Sequence record: KX009778
Length of the DNA: 64,000 bases
Source: Escherichia phage UFV-AREG1
Direction: 5' to 3' (one strand)
Shown: positions 18,501-35,924 of the stretch, piece after piece
How positions within the stretch are numbered: position 1 is the first letter of the stretch
How the letters are laid out: each line of letters opens with the position of its first letter
Notes under the pieces: generated by a model
Seen by the model: only the letters and a program-made list of their open reading frames with translations
The model's database searches: none
Told to the model about the DNA's origin: nothing
Made by a program: the position numbers and the translations under genes

Positions 18501-18665
18501 CAAGGTCAATTGCCGTCTGAACGACGTAAATTAATGAGTCCTTTATTTGATGCATCTGGAACAACATTTGCGCAATTTAGAGATTTAGTTAATAAACGTC
18601 TAAAAGACAATATAGGAAATCCAAGAGACCCTGAAACTCCAACACAGGTTAAAATATATGAATGA
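15567..18665 (+). CDS. 7: gp7 baseplate wedge initiator
   Basis: 1032 aa; length and order match T4; overlapping stop/start with gene 6. Confidence 0.95.
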   Translation: MTVKAPSVTSLRISKLSANQVQVRWDDVGANFYYFVEIAETKTDSGENLPSNQYRWINLGYTANNSFFFDDADPLTSYVIRVATAAQDFEQSDWIYTEEFETFATNAYTFQNMIEMQLANKFIQEKFTLNNSDYVNFNNDTIMAALMNESFQFSPSYVDVSSISNFIIGENEYHEIQGSIQQVCKDINRVYLMESEGILYLFERYQPVVKVSNDKGQTWKAVKLFNDRVGYPLSKTVYYQSANTTYVLGYDKIFYGRKSTDVRWSADDVRFSSQDITFAKLGDQLHLGFDVEIFATYATLPANVYRIAEAITCTDDYIYVVARDKVRYIKTSNAPIDSDPLSPTYSERLFEPDTMTITGNPKAVCYKMDSIGDKVFALIIGEVETLNANPRTSKIIDSTDKGIYVLNHDEKTWKRVFGNTEEERRRIQPGYANMSTDGKLVSLSSSNFKFLSDNVVNDPETAAKYQLIGAVKYEFPREWLADKHYHMMAFIADEKSDWETFTPQPMKYYAEPFFNWSKKSNTRCWINNSDRAVVVYADLKYTKVIENIPETSPDRLVHEYWDDGDCTIVMPNVKFTGFKKYASGMLFYKASGEIISYYDFNYRVRDTVEIIWKPTEVFLKAFLQNQEHETPWSPEEERGLADPDLRPLIGTMMPDSYLLQDSNFEAFCEAYIQYLSDGYGTQYNNLRNLIRNKYPREEHAWEYLWSEIYKRNIYLNADKRDAVARFFESRSYDFYSTKGIEASYKFLFKVLYNEEVEIEIESGAGTEYDIIVQSDSLTEDLVGQTIYTATGRCNVTYIERSYSNGKLQWTVTIHNLLGRLIAGQEVKAERLPSFEGEIIRGVKGKDLLQNNIDYINRSRSYYVMKIKSNLPSSRWKSDVIRFVHPVGFGFIAITLLTMFINVGLTLKHTETIINKYKNYKWDSGLPTEYADRVAKLTPTGEIEHDSVTGEAIYEPGPMAGVKYPLPDDYNAENNNSIFQGQLPSERRKLMSPLFDASGTTFAQFRDLVNKRLKDNIGNPRDPETPTQVKIYE

Positions 18666-19662
18666 TTCAAGTGTTATCTATCGTGCGATAGTTACTTCAA
18701 AATTTAGAACAGAAAAAATGTTGAATTTTTATAATTCAATTGGAAGTGGTCCGGATAAAAACACTATCTTTATCACATTTGGAAGATCAGAACCATGGTC
18801 ATCAAATGAAAATGAGGCGGGCTTTGCCCCGCCTTATCCAACCGATTCTGTATTAGGTGTAACTGACATGTGGACTCATATGATGGGAACAGTAAAAGTT
18901 CTTCCATCAATGCTTGATGCTGTTATTCCTCGCAGAGATTGGGGAGATACTAGATATCCGGATCCATACACATTTAGAATTAACGATATTGTAGTGTGTA
19001 ACTCAGCTCCTTACAATGCTACTGAATCAGGCGCAGGCTGGCTAGTATATCGTTGTTTAGATGTTCCTGATACTGGAATGTGTTCAATAACATCTTTAAC
19101 TGATAAGGATGAATGCCTCAAATTAGGTGGAAAATGGACTCCTTCTGCTAGGTCAATGACTCCTCCTGAAGGTCGAGGAGATGCTGAAGGAACAATTGAA
19201 CCTGGAGACGGATATGTTTGGGAATATCTATTTGAGATTCCACCTGATGTATCTATAAATAGATGCACAAATGAATATATCGTGGTTCCTTGGCCTGAGG
19301 AATTAAAAGAAGACCCGACTAGATGGGGATATGAAGATAATCTCACTTGGCAACAAGATGATTTTGGATTAATTTACCGTGTTAAGGCAAATACTATCCG
19401 TTTTAAAGCATATTTAGATTCAGTTTATTTTCCTGAAGCTGCATTGCCGGGAAATAAAGGATTTAGACAAATATCAATAATCACGAATCCTCTTGAAGCT
19501 AAAGCTCATCCAAATGACCCAAACGTTAAAGCTGAAAAGGATTATTATGATCCAGAAGATTTAATGAGGCATTCGGGCGAAATGATTTATATGGAAAATA
19601 GGCCACCTATTATTATGGCAATGGATCAAACAGAAGAAATCAATATTCTGTTTACATTTTAA
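18658..19662 (+). CDS. 8: gp8 baseplate wedge subunit
   Basis: 334 aa; length and order match T4. Confidence 0.95.
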   Translation: MNDSSVIYRAIVTSKFRTEKMLNFYNSIGSGPDKNTIFITFGRSEPWSSNENEAGFAPPYPTDSVLGVTDMWTHMMGTVKVLPSMLDAVIPRRDWGDTRYPDPYTFRINDIVVCNSAPYNATESGAGWLVYRCLDVPDTGMCSITSLTDKDECLKLGGKWTPSARSMTPPEGRGDAEGTIEPGDGYVWEYLFEIPPDVSINRCTNEYIVVPWPEELKEDPTRWGYEDNLTWQQDDFGLIYRVKANTIRFKAYLDSVYFPEAALPGNKGFRQISIITNPLEAKAHPNDPNVKAEKDYYDPEDLMRHSGEMIYMENRPPIIMAMDQTEEINILFTF

Positions 19663-19667
19663 ATTAA

Positions 19668-19690
19668 GGGAGCCCATGGGCTCCCTTTTT
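19668..19690 (+). terminator. Intrinsic terminator after gene 8
   Basis: gggagc-ccatgg-gctccc palindromic hairpin followed by TTTTT. Confidence 0.6.
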
Positions 19691-19693
19691 CTT

Positions 19694-19701
19694 TATAAAT
19701 A
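19694..19701 (+). promoter_or_regulatory. T4 late promoter core TATAAATA (gene 9)
   Basis: Exact TATAAATA 25 nt upstream of gene 9 ATG. Confidence 0.6.
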
Positions 19702-19725
19702 CTATAAACTCATAAGGAAACCGCT

Positions 19726-20592
19726 ATGTTCATTCAAGAACCAAAGAAATTGATTGATACCGGCGAAATTGGTAACGCTTCTACTGGTGATATCTTATTC
19801 GACGGTGGTAATAAAATTAATAGTGATTTTAACGCAATTTATAATGCGTTTGGCGATCAACGTAAAATGGCAGTAGCAAATGGAACCGGAACAGATGGTC
19901 AAATTATCCATGCTACTGGATATTATCAAAAACACTCTATTGCAGAGTACGCAACTCCAGTGAAAGTTGGCACTAGGCATGATATTGATACCTCTACTGT
20001 AGGTGTTAAAGTTATCATTGAAAGAGGCGAACTCGGCGATTGTGTTGAATTCATTAACTCAAATGGATCAATATCAGTTACTAATCCTTTAACAATTCAA
20101 GCTATTGATTCAATTAAAGGTGTTTCGGGTAATTTAGTAGTAACTAGTCCATATAGTAAAGTAACTTTACGCTGTATTTCATCTGATAATTCTACATCGG
20201 TTTGGAACTATTCTATTGAAAGTATGTTTGGGCAAAAGGAATCACCAGCTGAAGGTACATGGAATATTTCTACATCCGGATCAGTTGATATTCCACTATT
20301 TCATCGCACTGAATACAATATGGCTAAATTGCTAGTTACGTGCCAATCGGTAGATGGAAGAAAAATTAAAACAGCAGAAATAAATATTCTTGTGGATACT
20401 GTTAATTCAGAGGTAATTTCTTCTGAATATGCTGTCATGCGAGTTGGGAATGAAACCGAAGAAGACGAAATCGCTAATATTGCATTTAGTATTAAAGAAA
20501 ATTATGTAACGGCGACTATAAGTTCTTCAACTGTCGGTATGAGAGCAGCAGTTAAAGTTATCGCTACGCAGAAAATCGGGGTGGCTCAATAA
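19726..20592 (+). CDS. 9: gp9 baseplate wedge / long tail fibre socket
   Basis: 288 aa; length and order match T4. Confidence 0.95.
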   Translation: MFIQEPKKLIDTGEIGNASTGDILFDGGNKINSDFNAIYNAFGDQRKMAVANGTGTDGQIIHATGYYQKHSIAEYATPVKVGTRHDIDTSTVGVKVIIERGELGDCVEFINSNGSISVTNPLTIQAIDSIKGVSGNLVVTSPYSKVTLRCISSDNSTSVWNYSIESMFGQKESPAEGTWNISTSGSVDIPLFHRTEYNMAKLLVTCQSVDGRKIKTAEINILVDTVNSEVISSEYAVMRVGNETEEDEIANIAFSIKENYVTATISSSTVGMRAAVKVIATQKIGVAQ

Positions 20593-22397
20593 TGAAACAA
20601 AATATTAATATCGGTAATGTTGTAGATGATGGTACCGGTGACTACCTGCGTAAAGGTGGTATAAAAATAAATGAAAACTTTGATGAGCTTTATTATGAAC
20701 TCGGTGATGGTGATGTTCCATATTCAGCCGGTGCCTGGAAAACTTATGATGCTTCATCTGGACAAACACTAACGGCAGAATGGGGAAAATCATATGCCAT
20801 TAATACTTCGTCTGGAAGAGTAACTCTACAACTTCCTAAAGGAACTGTTAATGATTACAACAAGGTAATTAGAGCTAGAGACGTATTCGCTACATGGAAC
20901 ATCAATCCAGTTACTTTAGTAGCTGCTTCCGGAGATACAATTAAAGGGTCGTCATCGTCAGTTGAAATTAATATTCAATTTAGTGATTTAGAGCTCGTTT
21001 ATTGCGCTCCAGGACGTTGGGAATATGTCAAAAACAAACAAATTGACAAAATTGTTAGTTCAGATATTAGTAATGTAGCTCGCAAAGAATTTTTAGTTGA
21101 AGTTCAAGGACAAACTGACTTTTTAGATGTTTTCAATGGAACTAGTTATAATGTCAATAACATCAGAGTAAAACATCGTGGTAACGAATTGTATTACGGT
21201 GATGTATTTAGCGAAAACAGTGACTTTGGCTCTCCGGGCGAAAATGAAGGCGAATTAGTTCCTCTTGATGGATTTAATATTCGATTAAGACAGCCTTGTA
21301 ATATTGGTGACACTGTTCAAATTGAAACATTTATGGATGGTGTATCACAATGGAGAAGTTCATATACAAGACGCCAAATAAAAGTACTGGATTCAAAACT
21401 AACATCAAAGACTTCTTTAGAAGGAAGCATTTATGTTACTGATTTATCGGCGATGAAATCAATTCCATTTTCCGCTTTTGGATTAATTCCTGGTGAACCC
21501 ATTAATCCTAATTCTCTTGAGGTTCGTTTTAATGGAATTTTACAGCAGCAGGCTGGAACAGCTGGATATCCTCTGTTTTTGTGTGAAGGCGCTAATTCAG
21601 ATACGCAAGAAGGATGTATATCTCTTGGCGGCGAATGGAAAGAATCAAACACCGATTATTCTATAGAATATGAAGACGGAAAACCTATCAGTCTTTTATT
21701 TGATAGAAAATTTGAATCCGGTGACATTATCGTTATAACATGGTTCAATAATGATTTAGGAACTCTTTTAGAAAAAGATGACATCGTTGAATTGACTGAT
21801 GACCGTTATGTTAGTAAAGGATCATCTACTGAAGTTACTGGTGATGTGGCCTTAACAGATTTTGATAAAATCGGTTGGCCAAATGTTGAAAAAGTTGATT
21901 CTTATACTAGAACGTATAATTCAATATCATCTATTTTCGACAGCATTTATCCTGTTGGTTCAATTTATGAAAATGCTATAAACCCAAATAATCCGGTGAC
22001 TTATATGGGATTTGGTTCATGGAAATTATTTGGTAAAGGACAAGTTTTAGTAGGATGGAATGATGATGTTACGGATCCAAACTTTGCTTTAAACAATAAT
22101 GATTTAGATTCTAGCGGAAATCCTTCACATACTGCCGGTGGAACGGTTGGAACAACATCAGTAACGCTTGAAAACGCAAATCTTCCTGCAACTAAAACTG
22201 ACGAAAGAGTTTTAATTGAAGACGAAAACGGATCGGTTATTATTGGAGGTTGCCAATATGACCCAGATGAAACTGGTCCTATATATACAAAATATCGTGA
22301 AGACTACGCAACAACAAACTCTTCACATACTCCTCCTGCTAATATTAGTAATATTCAACCGTCTATTACTGTATACCGTTGGATAAGGATTGCATAA
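20592..22397 (+). CDS. 10: gp10 baseplate wedge subunit and tail pin
   Basis: 601 aa; length and order match T4. Confidence 0.95.
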   Translation: MKQNINIGNVVDDGTGDYLRKGGIKINENFDELYYELGDGDVPYSAGAWKTYDASSGQTLTAEWGKSYAINTSSGRVTLQLPKGTVNDYNKVIRARDVFATWNINPVTLVAASGDTIKGSSSSVEINIQFSDLELVYCAPGRWEYVKNKQIDKIVSSDISNVARKEFLVEVQGQTDFLDVFNGTSYNVNNIRVKHRGNELYYGDVFSENSDFGSPGENEGELVPLDGFNIRLRQPCNIGDTVQIETFMDGVSQWRSSYTRRQIKVLDSKLTSKTSLEGSIYVTDLSAMKSIPFSAFGLIPGEPINPNSLEVRFNGILQQQAGTAGYPLFLCEGANSDTQEGCISLGGEWKESNTDYSIEYEDGKPISLLFDRKFESGDIIVITWFNNDLGTLLEKDDIVELTDDRYVSKGSSTEVTGDVALTDFDKIGWPNVEKVDSYTRTYNSISSIFDSIYPVGSIYENAINPNNPVTYMGFGSWKLFGKGQVLVGWNDDVTDPNFALNNNDLDSSGNPSHTAGGTVGTTSVTLENANLPATKTDERVLIEDENGSVIIGGCQYDPDETGPIYTKYREDYATTNSSHTPPANISNIQPSITVYRWIRIA

Positions 22398-23056
22398 TGA
22401 GTTTACTTAATAATAAAGCGGGGGTTATTTCCCGCTTAGCAGATTTTCTTGGTTTTAGAACTAAGAAAAATGATATTTCGGTTATGAATAATCAGCCAGT
22501 AGGCGCTGTGACAATTTCACAAATAGCAAAAGGTTTTTATGACTCAAATGTAGAATCTGCTATTAATGATGTTAGAAATATGGCAGAGCAACAGGTTGGA
22601 GCTGTATTAGTTAATATAAGTGGCGTATCTCCTACTGGCGTGCAGCAAACAGACTATTGGTCATTTGAAGGAACTGTCAATGATACTTCAGCCAAACCAG
22701 GTGACCCAGTTATTGTTAACATGTTTGGCATTCCTGTTAAAGCTACTAATGGAATGACTTCAGTCGAATTTACCAGTGCCGTTAGAACAGCTCTGCAGGA
22801 AATGGTTGCAAAATTTATTGCAATTGATTCATTTGAAGACCATCCTACCATAGGAAATAAAATACAAGTTAAGTATTTAGATAACCAAGAACATATCTTA
22901 GAACAATACTCTGATAAAGGAATTACTTTCAAACAAGAAATAATTTCTCCTTCTAAACCTGGATACGGAACTTGGCAATTATTAGGTGCGCAAACTGTCA
23001 CGCTAGATAGTCACACACAACCTACGGTATTTTATTATTTTGAGAGAATAGCATGA
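22397..23056 (+). CDS. 11: gp11 baseplate wedge subunit and tail pin
   Basis: 219 aa from ATG at 22397 (TAATG overlap with gp10 stop); track ORF start 22379 is upstream in-frame. Confidence 0.9.
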   Translation: MSLLNNKAGVISRLADFLGFRTKKNDISVMNNQPVGAVTISQIAKGFYDSNVESAINDVRNMAEQQVGAVLVNISGVSPTGVQQTDYWSFEGTVNDTSAKPGDPVIVNMFGIPVKATNGMTSVEFTSAVRTALQEMVAKFIAIDSFEDHPTIGNKIQVKYLDNQEHILEQYSDKGITFKQEIISPSKPGYGTWQLLGAQTVTLDSHTQPTVFYYFERIA

Positions 23057-24603
23057 GTAACAATACATATCAGCACGTATCAAATGAATCAAAATATGTT
23101 AAATTCGATCCTACTGGATCGAATTTTCCTGACACTGTCACGACAGTGCAGTCTGCATTATCAAAAATAAGTAATATCGGCGTAAATGGTATTCCTGATG
23201 CAACTATGGAAGTTAAAGGAATAGCAATGATTGCGTCAGAGCAAGAGGTTTTAGATGGAACTAATAATTCTAAAATCGTTACACCAGCTACATTAGCAAC
23301 AAGATTATTATATCCAAATGCTACTGAAACTAAGTATGGTTTAACGCGCTATTCAACAAATGAAGAAACATTAGAAGGCTCAGATAATAATTCATCAATA
23401 ACGCCGCAAAAACTGAAATACCATACTGACGATGTGTTCCAAAATAGATATTCGTCTGAGTCATCAAACGGGGTTATTAAAATATCATCTACACCTGCAG
23501 CTTTAGCTGGAGTTGATGATACTACGGCAATGACTCCATTAAAAACGCAAAAACTTGCAATAAAATTAATTTCACAAATAGCTCCTTCCGAAGATACTGC
23601 ATCAGAATCTGTGAGAGGTGTAGTTCAATTATCTACTGTTGCGCAAACTCGTCAAGGAACTCTCCGCGAAGGATATGCAATTTCTCCGTATACCTTTATG
23701 AATTCTGTTGCAACACAAGAATATAAGGGTGTTATACGTTTAGGAACACAATCGGAAATTAACAGTAATTTGGGAGATGTTGCAGTAACGGGTGAAACAC
23801 TAAATGGTCGAGGAGCTACTGGTTCTATGCGTGGAGTAGTTAAATTAACGACGCAAGCCGGTATTGCCCCTGAAGGTGATAGCTCTGGTGCATTAGCATG
23901 GAACGCAGATGTAATTAATACTCGTGGTGGACAAACTATTAATGGTTCTTTAAATTTAGACCATCTTACAGCAAACGGAATTTGGTCGCGCGGCGGAATG
24001 TGGAAAAATGGCGATCAACCTGTTGCCACTGAAAGATATGCGTCCGAAAGGGTTCCAGTCGGAACTATTATGATGTTTGCGGGTGATTCAGCACCTCCGG
24101 GTTGGATTATGTGCCACGGTGGAACAGTGTCAGGAGATCAATATCCTGATTATAGAAACACAGTTGGAACAAGATTTGGTGGTGATTGGAATAACCCTGG
24201 CATTCCTGATATGCGAGGTCTTTTCGTCAGAGGAGCTGGCACGGGAGGTCATATTTTAAATCAACGAGGACAAGATGGCTATGGGAAGGATAGACTTGGT
24301 GTAGGATGTGACGGAATGCATGTTGGTGGTGTTCAGGCACAACAAATGTCATACCATAAACATGCTGGTGGTTGGGGAGAATACCAAAGACATGAAGCTC
24401 CATTTGGCGCGTCCGTTTATCAAGGATATCTTGGAACTAGAAAATATGCCGACTGGGATAATGCTTCATACTTCACTAATGATGGATTTGAATTGGGTGG
24501 ACCGAGAGATGCCCTTGGTACACTTAATCGTGAAGGATTAATTGGTTATGAAACTAGACCATGGAATATATCATTAAACTATATTATTAAAATTCATTAC
24601 TAA
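23053..24603 (+). CDS. 12: gp12 short tail fibre
   Basis: 516 aa; order matches T4 (T4 gp12 recalled as slightly longer). Confidence 0.9.
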   Translation: MSNNTYQHVSNESKYVKFDPTGSNFPDTVTTVQSALSKISNIGVNGIPDATMEVKGIAMIASEQEVLDGTNNSKIVTPATLATRLLYPNATETKYGLTRYSTNEETLEGSDNNSSITPQKLKYHTDDVFQNRYSSESSNGVIKISSTPAALAGVDDTTAMTPLKTQKLAIKLISQIAPSEDTASESVRGVVQLSTVAQTRQGTLREGYAISPYTFMNSVATQEYKGVIRLGTQSEINSNLGDVAVTGETLNGRGATGSMRGVVKLTTQAGIAPEGDSSGALAWNADVINTRGGQTINGSLNLDHLTANGIWSRGGMWKNGDQPVATERYASERVPVGTIMMFAGDSAPPGWIMCHGGTVSGDQYPDYRNTVGTRFGGDWNNPGIPDMRGLFVRGAGTGGHILNQRGQDGYGKDRLGVGCDGMHVGGVQAQQMSYHKHAGGWGEYQRHEAPFGASVYQGYLGTRKYADWDNASYFTNDGFELGGPRDALGTLNREGLIGYETRPWNISLNYIIKIHY

Positions 24604-24612
24604 GGATTACAA

Positions 24613-26070
24613 ATGATTGAATTAAAAGAGTTACCTTTTGTTGATAGCGTTCCTGGCGAAGGTCAGGAACGTATTTCATGGATTAAAAATGGTGAAGAAA
24701 TATTAGGAGCTAGTACTAAGTATGGAAACGATGGGTCAATGAATAGACCAACTGTTTCCGTGTTTAAAAATGTCGAGGTTCTCGACGAAAATGTAGGAAT
24801 TCTTAAAACTGCCATTGAAACATCTCAGGAAGATATTAAAACCATTCAAGGCATTTTAGATGTATCAGGAGATATAGAAGCGCTATCACAGATCAGCATT
24901 AATAAAAATGATATATCAAATTTAAAGACACTCACGAATGAACACACTGATATATTAAATGGTACAAATACCACGGTTGACAATATTCTTTCTGATATTG
25001 GTCCATTTAATTCGCAAGCAAATTCAGTTTATAGAACGATTAGAAATGATTTGTTATGGATTAAAAGAGAATTAGGACAATATGCTGGGCAAGACATTAA
25101 TGGTCTTCCTGTTGTAGGAAATAGCAGCACGGGTATGAAGCACCGCATCATTAATAATACAGATGCTATAACTTCCCAAGGAATACGTCTAAGTGATTTG
25201 GAAGAAAAATTTATTGAATCTGATGTAGGTTCACTGACAATTGAAGTCGGAAATCTTAGACAAGAGCTTGGACAAAGACCATCTTCATTCAGTGAAAGCA
25301 TATATTCACGTGTTCATAATTTAGATCAATCGCAGATTAATCTTAGTTCCGAAATTAAATCTATCAAAACTTCTATTGGATATCCAGGAAATACTTCAAT
25401 AATCACAGATGTTAACACTAATACACGAGAAGTTTCAGCTTTAAATGATGAACTAAATAAAAGCGGAGGTATTAAACAGCGATTGACTGTCATTGAAACA
25501 TCAATTGGCTCAGATGATATTCCTTCTAGTATTAAAGGTCGAATTAAAGATAATACAACATCTATTGAGTTTTTAAATGGAATTGTTGGTGAAAACACTT
25601 CATCTGGACTACGAGCAAACGTTTCATGGCTAAACCAAATCGTTGGAACTGATTCTAGTGGAGGTCAGCCTTCTCCTCCTGGGTCTCTTTTAAATAGGGT
25701 TTCAACTATTGAAACTTCAGTTAATAGACTGAACAATGATGTTCAAAACTTACAAGTTGAAATTGGTAATAACACTACTGGAATTAAAGGCCAAGTTGTT
25801 GCACTAAATAAACTAGTAAGCGGCACAAATCCAAATGGTTCAACAGTAGAAGAGCGCGGATTAACTAATTCAATAAAAGCTAATGAAACTAACATTTCTT
25901 CTATTAATCAAGAAATGCGTAGTATTAAAAGTAATGTATCTTCATTACAGGGGGATGTTCAGACTTTACAGGAAGCAGGTTATATCCCTGAAGCTCCAAA
26001 AGATGGCCAAGCTTACGTTCGTAAAGACGGCGAATGGGTATTACTTTCTACCTTTTTATCACCAGCATAA
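24613..26070 (+). CDS. wac: Fibritin (whisker antigen control) neck whiskers
   Basis: 485 aa with long coiled-coil segments and C-terminal foldon-like [27 protein letters not shown]. Confidence 0.95.
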   Translation: MIELKELPFVDSVPGEGQERISWIKNGEEILGASTKYGNDGSMNRPTVSVFKNVEVLDENVGILKTAIETSQEDIKTIQGILDVSGDIEALSQISINKNDISNLKTLTNEHTDILNGTNTTVDNILSDIGPFNSQANSVYRTIRNDLLWIKRELGQYAGQDINGLPVVGNSSTGMKHRIINNTDAITSQGIRLSDLEEKFIESDVGSLTIEVGNLRQELGQRPSSFSESIYSRVHNLDQSQINLSSEIKSIKTSIGYPGNTSIITDVNTNTREVSALNDELNKSGGIKQRLTVIETSIGSDDIPSSIKGRIKDNTTSIEFLNGIVGENTSSGLRANVSWLNQIVGTDSSGGQPSPPGSLLNRVSTIETSVNRLNNDVQNLQVEIGNNTTGIKGQVVALNKLVSGTNPNGSTVEERGLTNSIKANETNISSINQEMRSIKSNVSSLQGDVQTLQEAGYIPEAPKDGQAYVRKDGEWVLLSTFLSPA

Positions 26071-26073
26071 CAT

Positions 26074-26100
26074 GGGGCCGCAAGGCCCCAAAGGATTTTT
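26074..26100 (+). terminator. Hairpin at wac 3' end (terminator / RNA-stability element)
   Basis: ggggcc-gcaa-ggcccc GNRA-type tetraloop hairpin followed by a T-rich tract. Confidence 0.5.
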
Positions 26101-26102
26101 AA

Positions 26103-27804
<1,702 letters not shown>

Positions 27805-27845
27805 TAAATATTATAAACTAATTAAAGCCCAGATTAGGAGAAATC

Positions 27846-30986
<3,141 letters not shown>

Positions 30987-31014
30987 TATTAAAGCATATT
31001 AAAGAGGATTAAAA

Positions 31015-32994
31015 ATGACTTTATTATCTCCGGGCATTGAGCTCAAAGAAACTACGGTTCAAAGCACCGTGGTTAATAACTCTACTGGTACAGCAGCTTT
31101 GGCCGGTAAATTCCAGTGGGGTCCTGCTTTTCAGATCAAACAGGTTACAAACGAAGTAGATTTAGTTAATACTTTTGGTCAACCTACAGCTGAAACTGCT
31201 GACTATTTTATGTCTGCAATGAATTTCTTACAATATGGAAATGATTTGCGAGTTGTGCGCGCTGTCGACAGAGATACCGCTAAAAACTCATCTCCGATTG
31301 CCGGTAATATTGAATACACTATTTCTACCCCAGGTAGTAACTACGCGGTTGGAGATAAAATCACAGTTAAGTATGTTTCAGAAGACATTGAAACAGAAGG
31401 TAAAATTACCGAAGTAGATGCTGATGGAAAAATTAAGAAAATTAATATTCCTACTGCAAAAATTATCGCTAAAGCGAAAGAAGTAGGCGAATATCCAACA
31501 CTAGGTTCTAACTGGACTGCGGAAATTTCTTCATCTTCCTCTGGTTTAGCTGCAGTAATAACTCTTGGAAAAATTATTACTGATTCTGGTATTTTATTAG
31601 CTGAAATTGAAAATGCTGAAGCTGCTATAACAGCTGTTGATTTTCAGGAAAATCTTAAAAAATATGGAATTCCAGGAGTAGTAGCTCTTTATCCAGGCGA
31701 ATTAGGCGATAAAATCGAAATCGAAATCGTATCTAAAGCTGACTATGCAAAAGGAGCTTCTGCATTACTCCCAATTTATCCGGGCGGTGGTACTCGTGCA
31801 TCTACTGCTAAAGCAGTGTTTGGATATGGACCACAAACTGATTCACAGTACGCTATTATAGTTCGTCGCAATGATGCTATTGTTCAAAGCGTTGTTCTTT
31901 CAACGAAGCGTGGTGAAAAAGATATTTACGATAGTAACATTTATATTGATGACTTTTTCGCAAAAGGTGGTTCAGAATATATTTTCGCAACTGCACAAAA
32001 CTGGCCAGAAGGATTCTCTGGAATTTTAACTCTGTCTGGTGGATTATCATCAAATGCTGAAGTAACAGCAGGAGATTTGATGGAAGCCTGGGACTTCTTT
32101 GCTGACCGTGAATCTGTTGACGTTCAACTGTTTATTGCGGGTTCTTGTGCTGGTGAATCTTTAGAAACAGCATCTACTGTCCAAAAACACGTCGTTTCAA
32201 TTGGTGATGCTCGTCAAGATTGCTTAGTATTGTGCTCACCACCGCGTGAAACTGTAGTTGGAATTCCTGTAACCCGTGCTGTTGATAACTTAGTCAATTG
32301 GAGAACTGCAGCAGGTTCATACACTGATAATAACTTTAATATCAGTTCAACCTACGCAGCAATTGATGGTAACTACAAATATCAGTATGACAAATATAAT
32401 GATGTGAATCGTTGGGTCCCATTAGCAGCTGATATTGCTGGATTGTGTGCAAGAACTGATAACGTTTCTCATACTTGGATGTCTCCAGCTGGTTATAATC
32501 GTGGCCAGATTCTTAACGTTATTAAACTTGCTATTGAAACTCGCCAGGCTCAGCGCGACCGTTTATACCAAGAAGCTATCAACCCAGTAACTGGTACAGG
32601 TGGTGATGGTTACGTATTGTATGGTGATAAAACAGCTACTTCTGTTCCTTCTCCATTTGATCGTATTAACGTTCGTCGTCTGTTTAATATGTTGAAAACG
32701 AATATCGGACGCAGTTCAAAATATCGTTTGTTCGAATTAAACAATGCGTTTACTCGTTCTTCATTCCGTACAGAAACTGCTCAGTACTTGCAAGGAATTA
32801 AAGCTCTTGGCGGAATTTATGAATATCGTGTAGTTTGCGATACAACAAATAACACTCCGTCAGTAATTGATAGAAATGAGTTTGTTGCAACATTCTACAT
32901 CCAACCGGCGCGCAGTATAAATTATATTACTTTGAATTTCGTCGCAACTGCTACTGGTGCAGATTTCGATGAGTTAACTGGTCTTGCAGGTTAA
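31015..32994 (+). CDS. 18: gp18 contractile tail sheath protein
   Basis: 659 aa; length and order match T4. Confidence 0.95.
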   Translation: MTLLSPGIELKETTVQSTVVNNSTGTAALAGKFQWGPAFQIKQVTNEVDLVNTFGQPTAETADYFMSAMNFLQYGNDLRVVRAVDRDTAKNSSPIAGNIEYTISTPGSNYAVGDKITVKYVSEDIETEGKITEVDADGKIKKINIPTAKIIAKAKEVGEYPTLGSNWTAEISSSSSGLAAVITLGKIITDSGILLAEIENAEAAITAVDFQENLKKYGIPGVVALYPGELGDKIEIEIVSKADYAKGASALLPIYPGGGTRASTAKAVFGYGPQTDSQYAIIVRRNDAIVQSVVLSTKRGEKDIYDSNIYIDDFFAKGGSEYIFATAQNWPEGFSGILTLSGGLSSNAEVTAGDLMEAWDFFADRESVDVQLFIAGSCAGESLETASTVQKHVVSIGDARQDCLVLCSPPRETVVGIPVTRAVDNLVNWRTAAGSYTDNNFNISSTYAAIDGNYKYQYDKYNDVNRWVPLAADIAGLCARTDNVSHTWMSPAGYNRGQILNVIKLAIETRQAQRDRLYQEAINPVTGTGGDGYVLYGDKTATSVPSPFDRINVRRLFNMLKTNIGRSSKYRLFELNNAFTRSSFRTETAQYLQGIKALGGIYEYRVVCDTTNNTPSVIDRNEFVATFYIQPARSINYITLNFVATATGADFDELTGLAG

Positions 32995-33010
32995 TACGGT
33001 GCATTCTAAA

Positions 33011-33029
33011 GGCCTGTTTCGGCAGGCCA
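33011..33029 (+). terminator. Hairpin after gene 18
   Basis: ggcctg-tttcgg-caggcc stem-loop directly followed by the TATAAATA late promoter. Confidence 0.45.
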
Positions 33030-33037
33030 TATAAATA
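33030..33037 (+). promoter_or_regulatory. T4 late promoter core TATAAATA (gene 19, distal)
   Basis: Exact TATAAATA 74 nt upstream of gene 19 ATG. Confidence 0.55.
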
Positions 33038-33088
33038 CACTATATCCTTAATTCTTTAATTCTATATGCCCTAGGTTAAACATAGGGA

Positions 33089-33096
33089 TATAAATA
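33089..33096 (+). promoter_or_regulatory. T4 late promoter core TATAAATA (gene 19, proximal)
   Basis: Exact TATAAATA 15 nt upstream of gene 19 ATG; second copy within 60 bp. Confidence 0.55.
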
Positions 33097-33110
33097 CTAC
33101 AGAGGCTAAT

Positions 33111-33602
33111 ATGTTTGTAGATGATGTAACACGAGCGTTTGAATCTGGTGATTTTGCTCGACCTAACTTGTTCCAAGTAGAAATTTCTTATCTTGGACAA
33201 AATTTTACGTTTCAATGTAAAGCCACTGCTTTACCAGCTGGTATTGTAGAAAAAATTCCAGTCGGATTTATGAACCGTAAAATTAACGTAGCAGGCGATC
33301 GTACATTCGATGACTGGACTATTACAGTAATGAATGATGAGGCGCATGATGCACGCCAGAAGTTTGTTGACTGGCAAAGCATTGCTGCTGGGCAAGGAAA
33401 CGAAATTACCGGTGGAAAACCAGCAGAGTATAAAAAGAGCGCTATTGTACGCCAATATGCTCGTGACGCTAAAACTGTAACAAAAGAAGTCGAAATTAAA
33501 GGCCTGTGGCCTACTAACGTGGGTGAACTTCAATTAGATTGGGATTCAAACAATGAAATCCAAACATTTGAAGTAACTCTTGCTCTCGATTATTGGGAAT
33601 AA
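33111..33602 (+). CDS. 19: gp19 tail tube protein
   Basis: 163 aa; length and order match T4. Confidence 0.95.
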   Translation: MFVDDVTRAFESGDFARPNLFQVEISYLGQNFTFQCKATALPAGIVEKIPVGFMNRKINVAGDRTFDDWTITVMNDEAHDARQKFVDWQSIAAGQGNEITGGKPAEYKKSAIVRQYARDAKTVTKEVEIKGLWPTNVGELQLDWDSNNEIQTFEVTLALDYWE

Positions 33603-33608
33603 AATGAA

Positions 33609-33624
33609 TGGGGAGAAATCCCCA
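33609..33624 (+). terminator. GNRA-tetraloop hairpin after gene 19
   Basis: tgggga-gaaa-tcccca hairpin; a second small hairpin ctgctt-aa-agcag follows. Confidence 0.45.
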
Positions 33625-33634
33625 TCCTGCTTAA

Positions 33635-35259
<1,625 letters not shown>

Positions 35260-35260
<1 letters not shown>

Positions 35261-35499
35261 TGGAAGGTTTAATTGAAGCTATTAAATCAAACGACCTCGT
35301 AGCCGCTCGTAAATTATTTTCTGAAGCCATGGCTGCAAGAACGATTGATTTAATTAAAGAAGAAAAAATCGCTATCGCTCGTAATTTCTTAATCGAAGGT
35401 GAAGAACCTGAAGACGAGGATGAAGATGATGACGAAGATAGCGATGATAAAGACGACAAAAAAGACAAAGACTCTGACGAAGACGAGGATGATGAATAA
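35260..35499 (+). CDS. 67: gp67 prohead core protein
   Basis: 79 aa with C-terminal poly-acidic tail; ATGA-type overlap with gp20 stop. Confidence 0.9.
35407..35496 (+). repeat. Low-complexity GAA/GAT-rich tract encoding the gp67 acidic tail
   Basis: Codes [32 protein letters not shown]; the antisense frame yields a spurious poly-Ser ORF. Confidence 0.6.
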
Positions 35500-35924
35500 T
35501 GCTTCTGATCCCTGAAACTCATGAATTAGTTCTCGAGAATGTCGAAGCACTTATTCCTGAAGCACAGGGTCGCTTTGACGAATTGTCTTCTGCTTTAAAT
35601 AAAGACGATATAAATACAATTGTCGAGAATATGCTTGATGATGAAACTGATTTAGCGATTGCATTAGCTTCTATTAATGAAAATATGCCGTTAAATGAAT
35701 TCATTGTTAAGCATGTTTCAGCTCGTGGTGAAATTACTCGCACTAAAGATCGCAAAACCCGCGAACGAAATGCATTTCAAACCACTGGGCTGTCTAAAGC
35801 AAAACGTAGACAAATTGCTCGTAAAGCTACCAAAACGAAGATTGCCAATCCAGCAGGTCAATCTCGTGCTCAGCGTAAGCGTAAAAAAGCTCTTAAACGC
35901 CGTAAAGCATTAGGATTAAGCTAA
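35499..35924 (+). CDS. 68: gp68 prohead core protein
   Basis: 141 aa; length and order match T4. Confidence 0.9.
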   Translation: MLLIPETHELVLENVEALIPEAQGRFDELSSALNKDDINTIVENMLDDETDLAIALASINENMPLNEFIVKHVSARGEITRTKDRKTRERNAFQTTGLSKAKRRQIARKATKTKIANPAGQSRAQRKRKKALKRRKALGLS

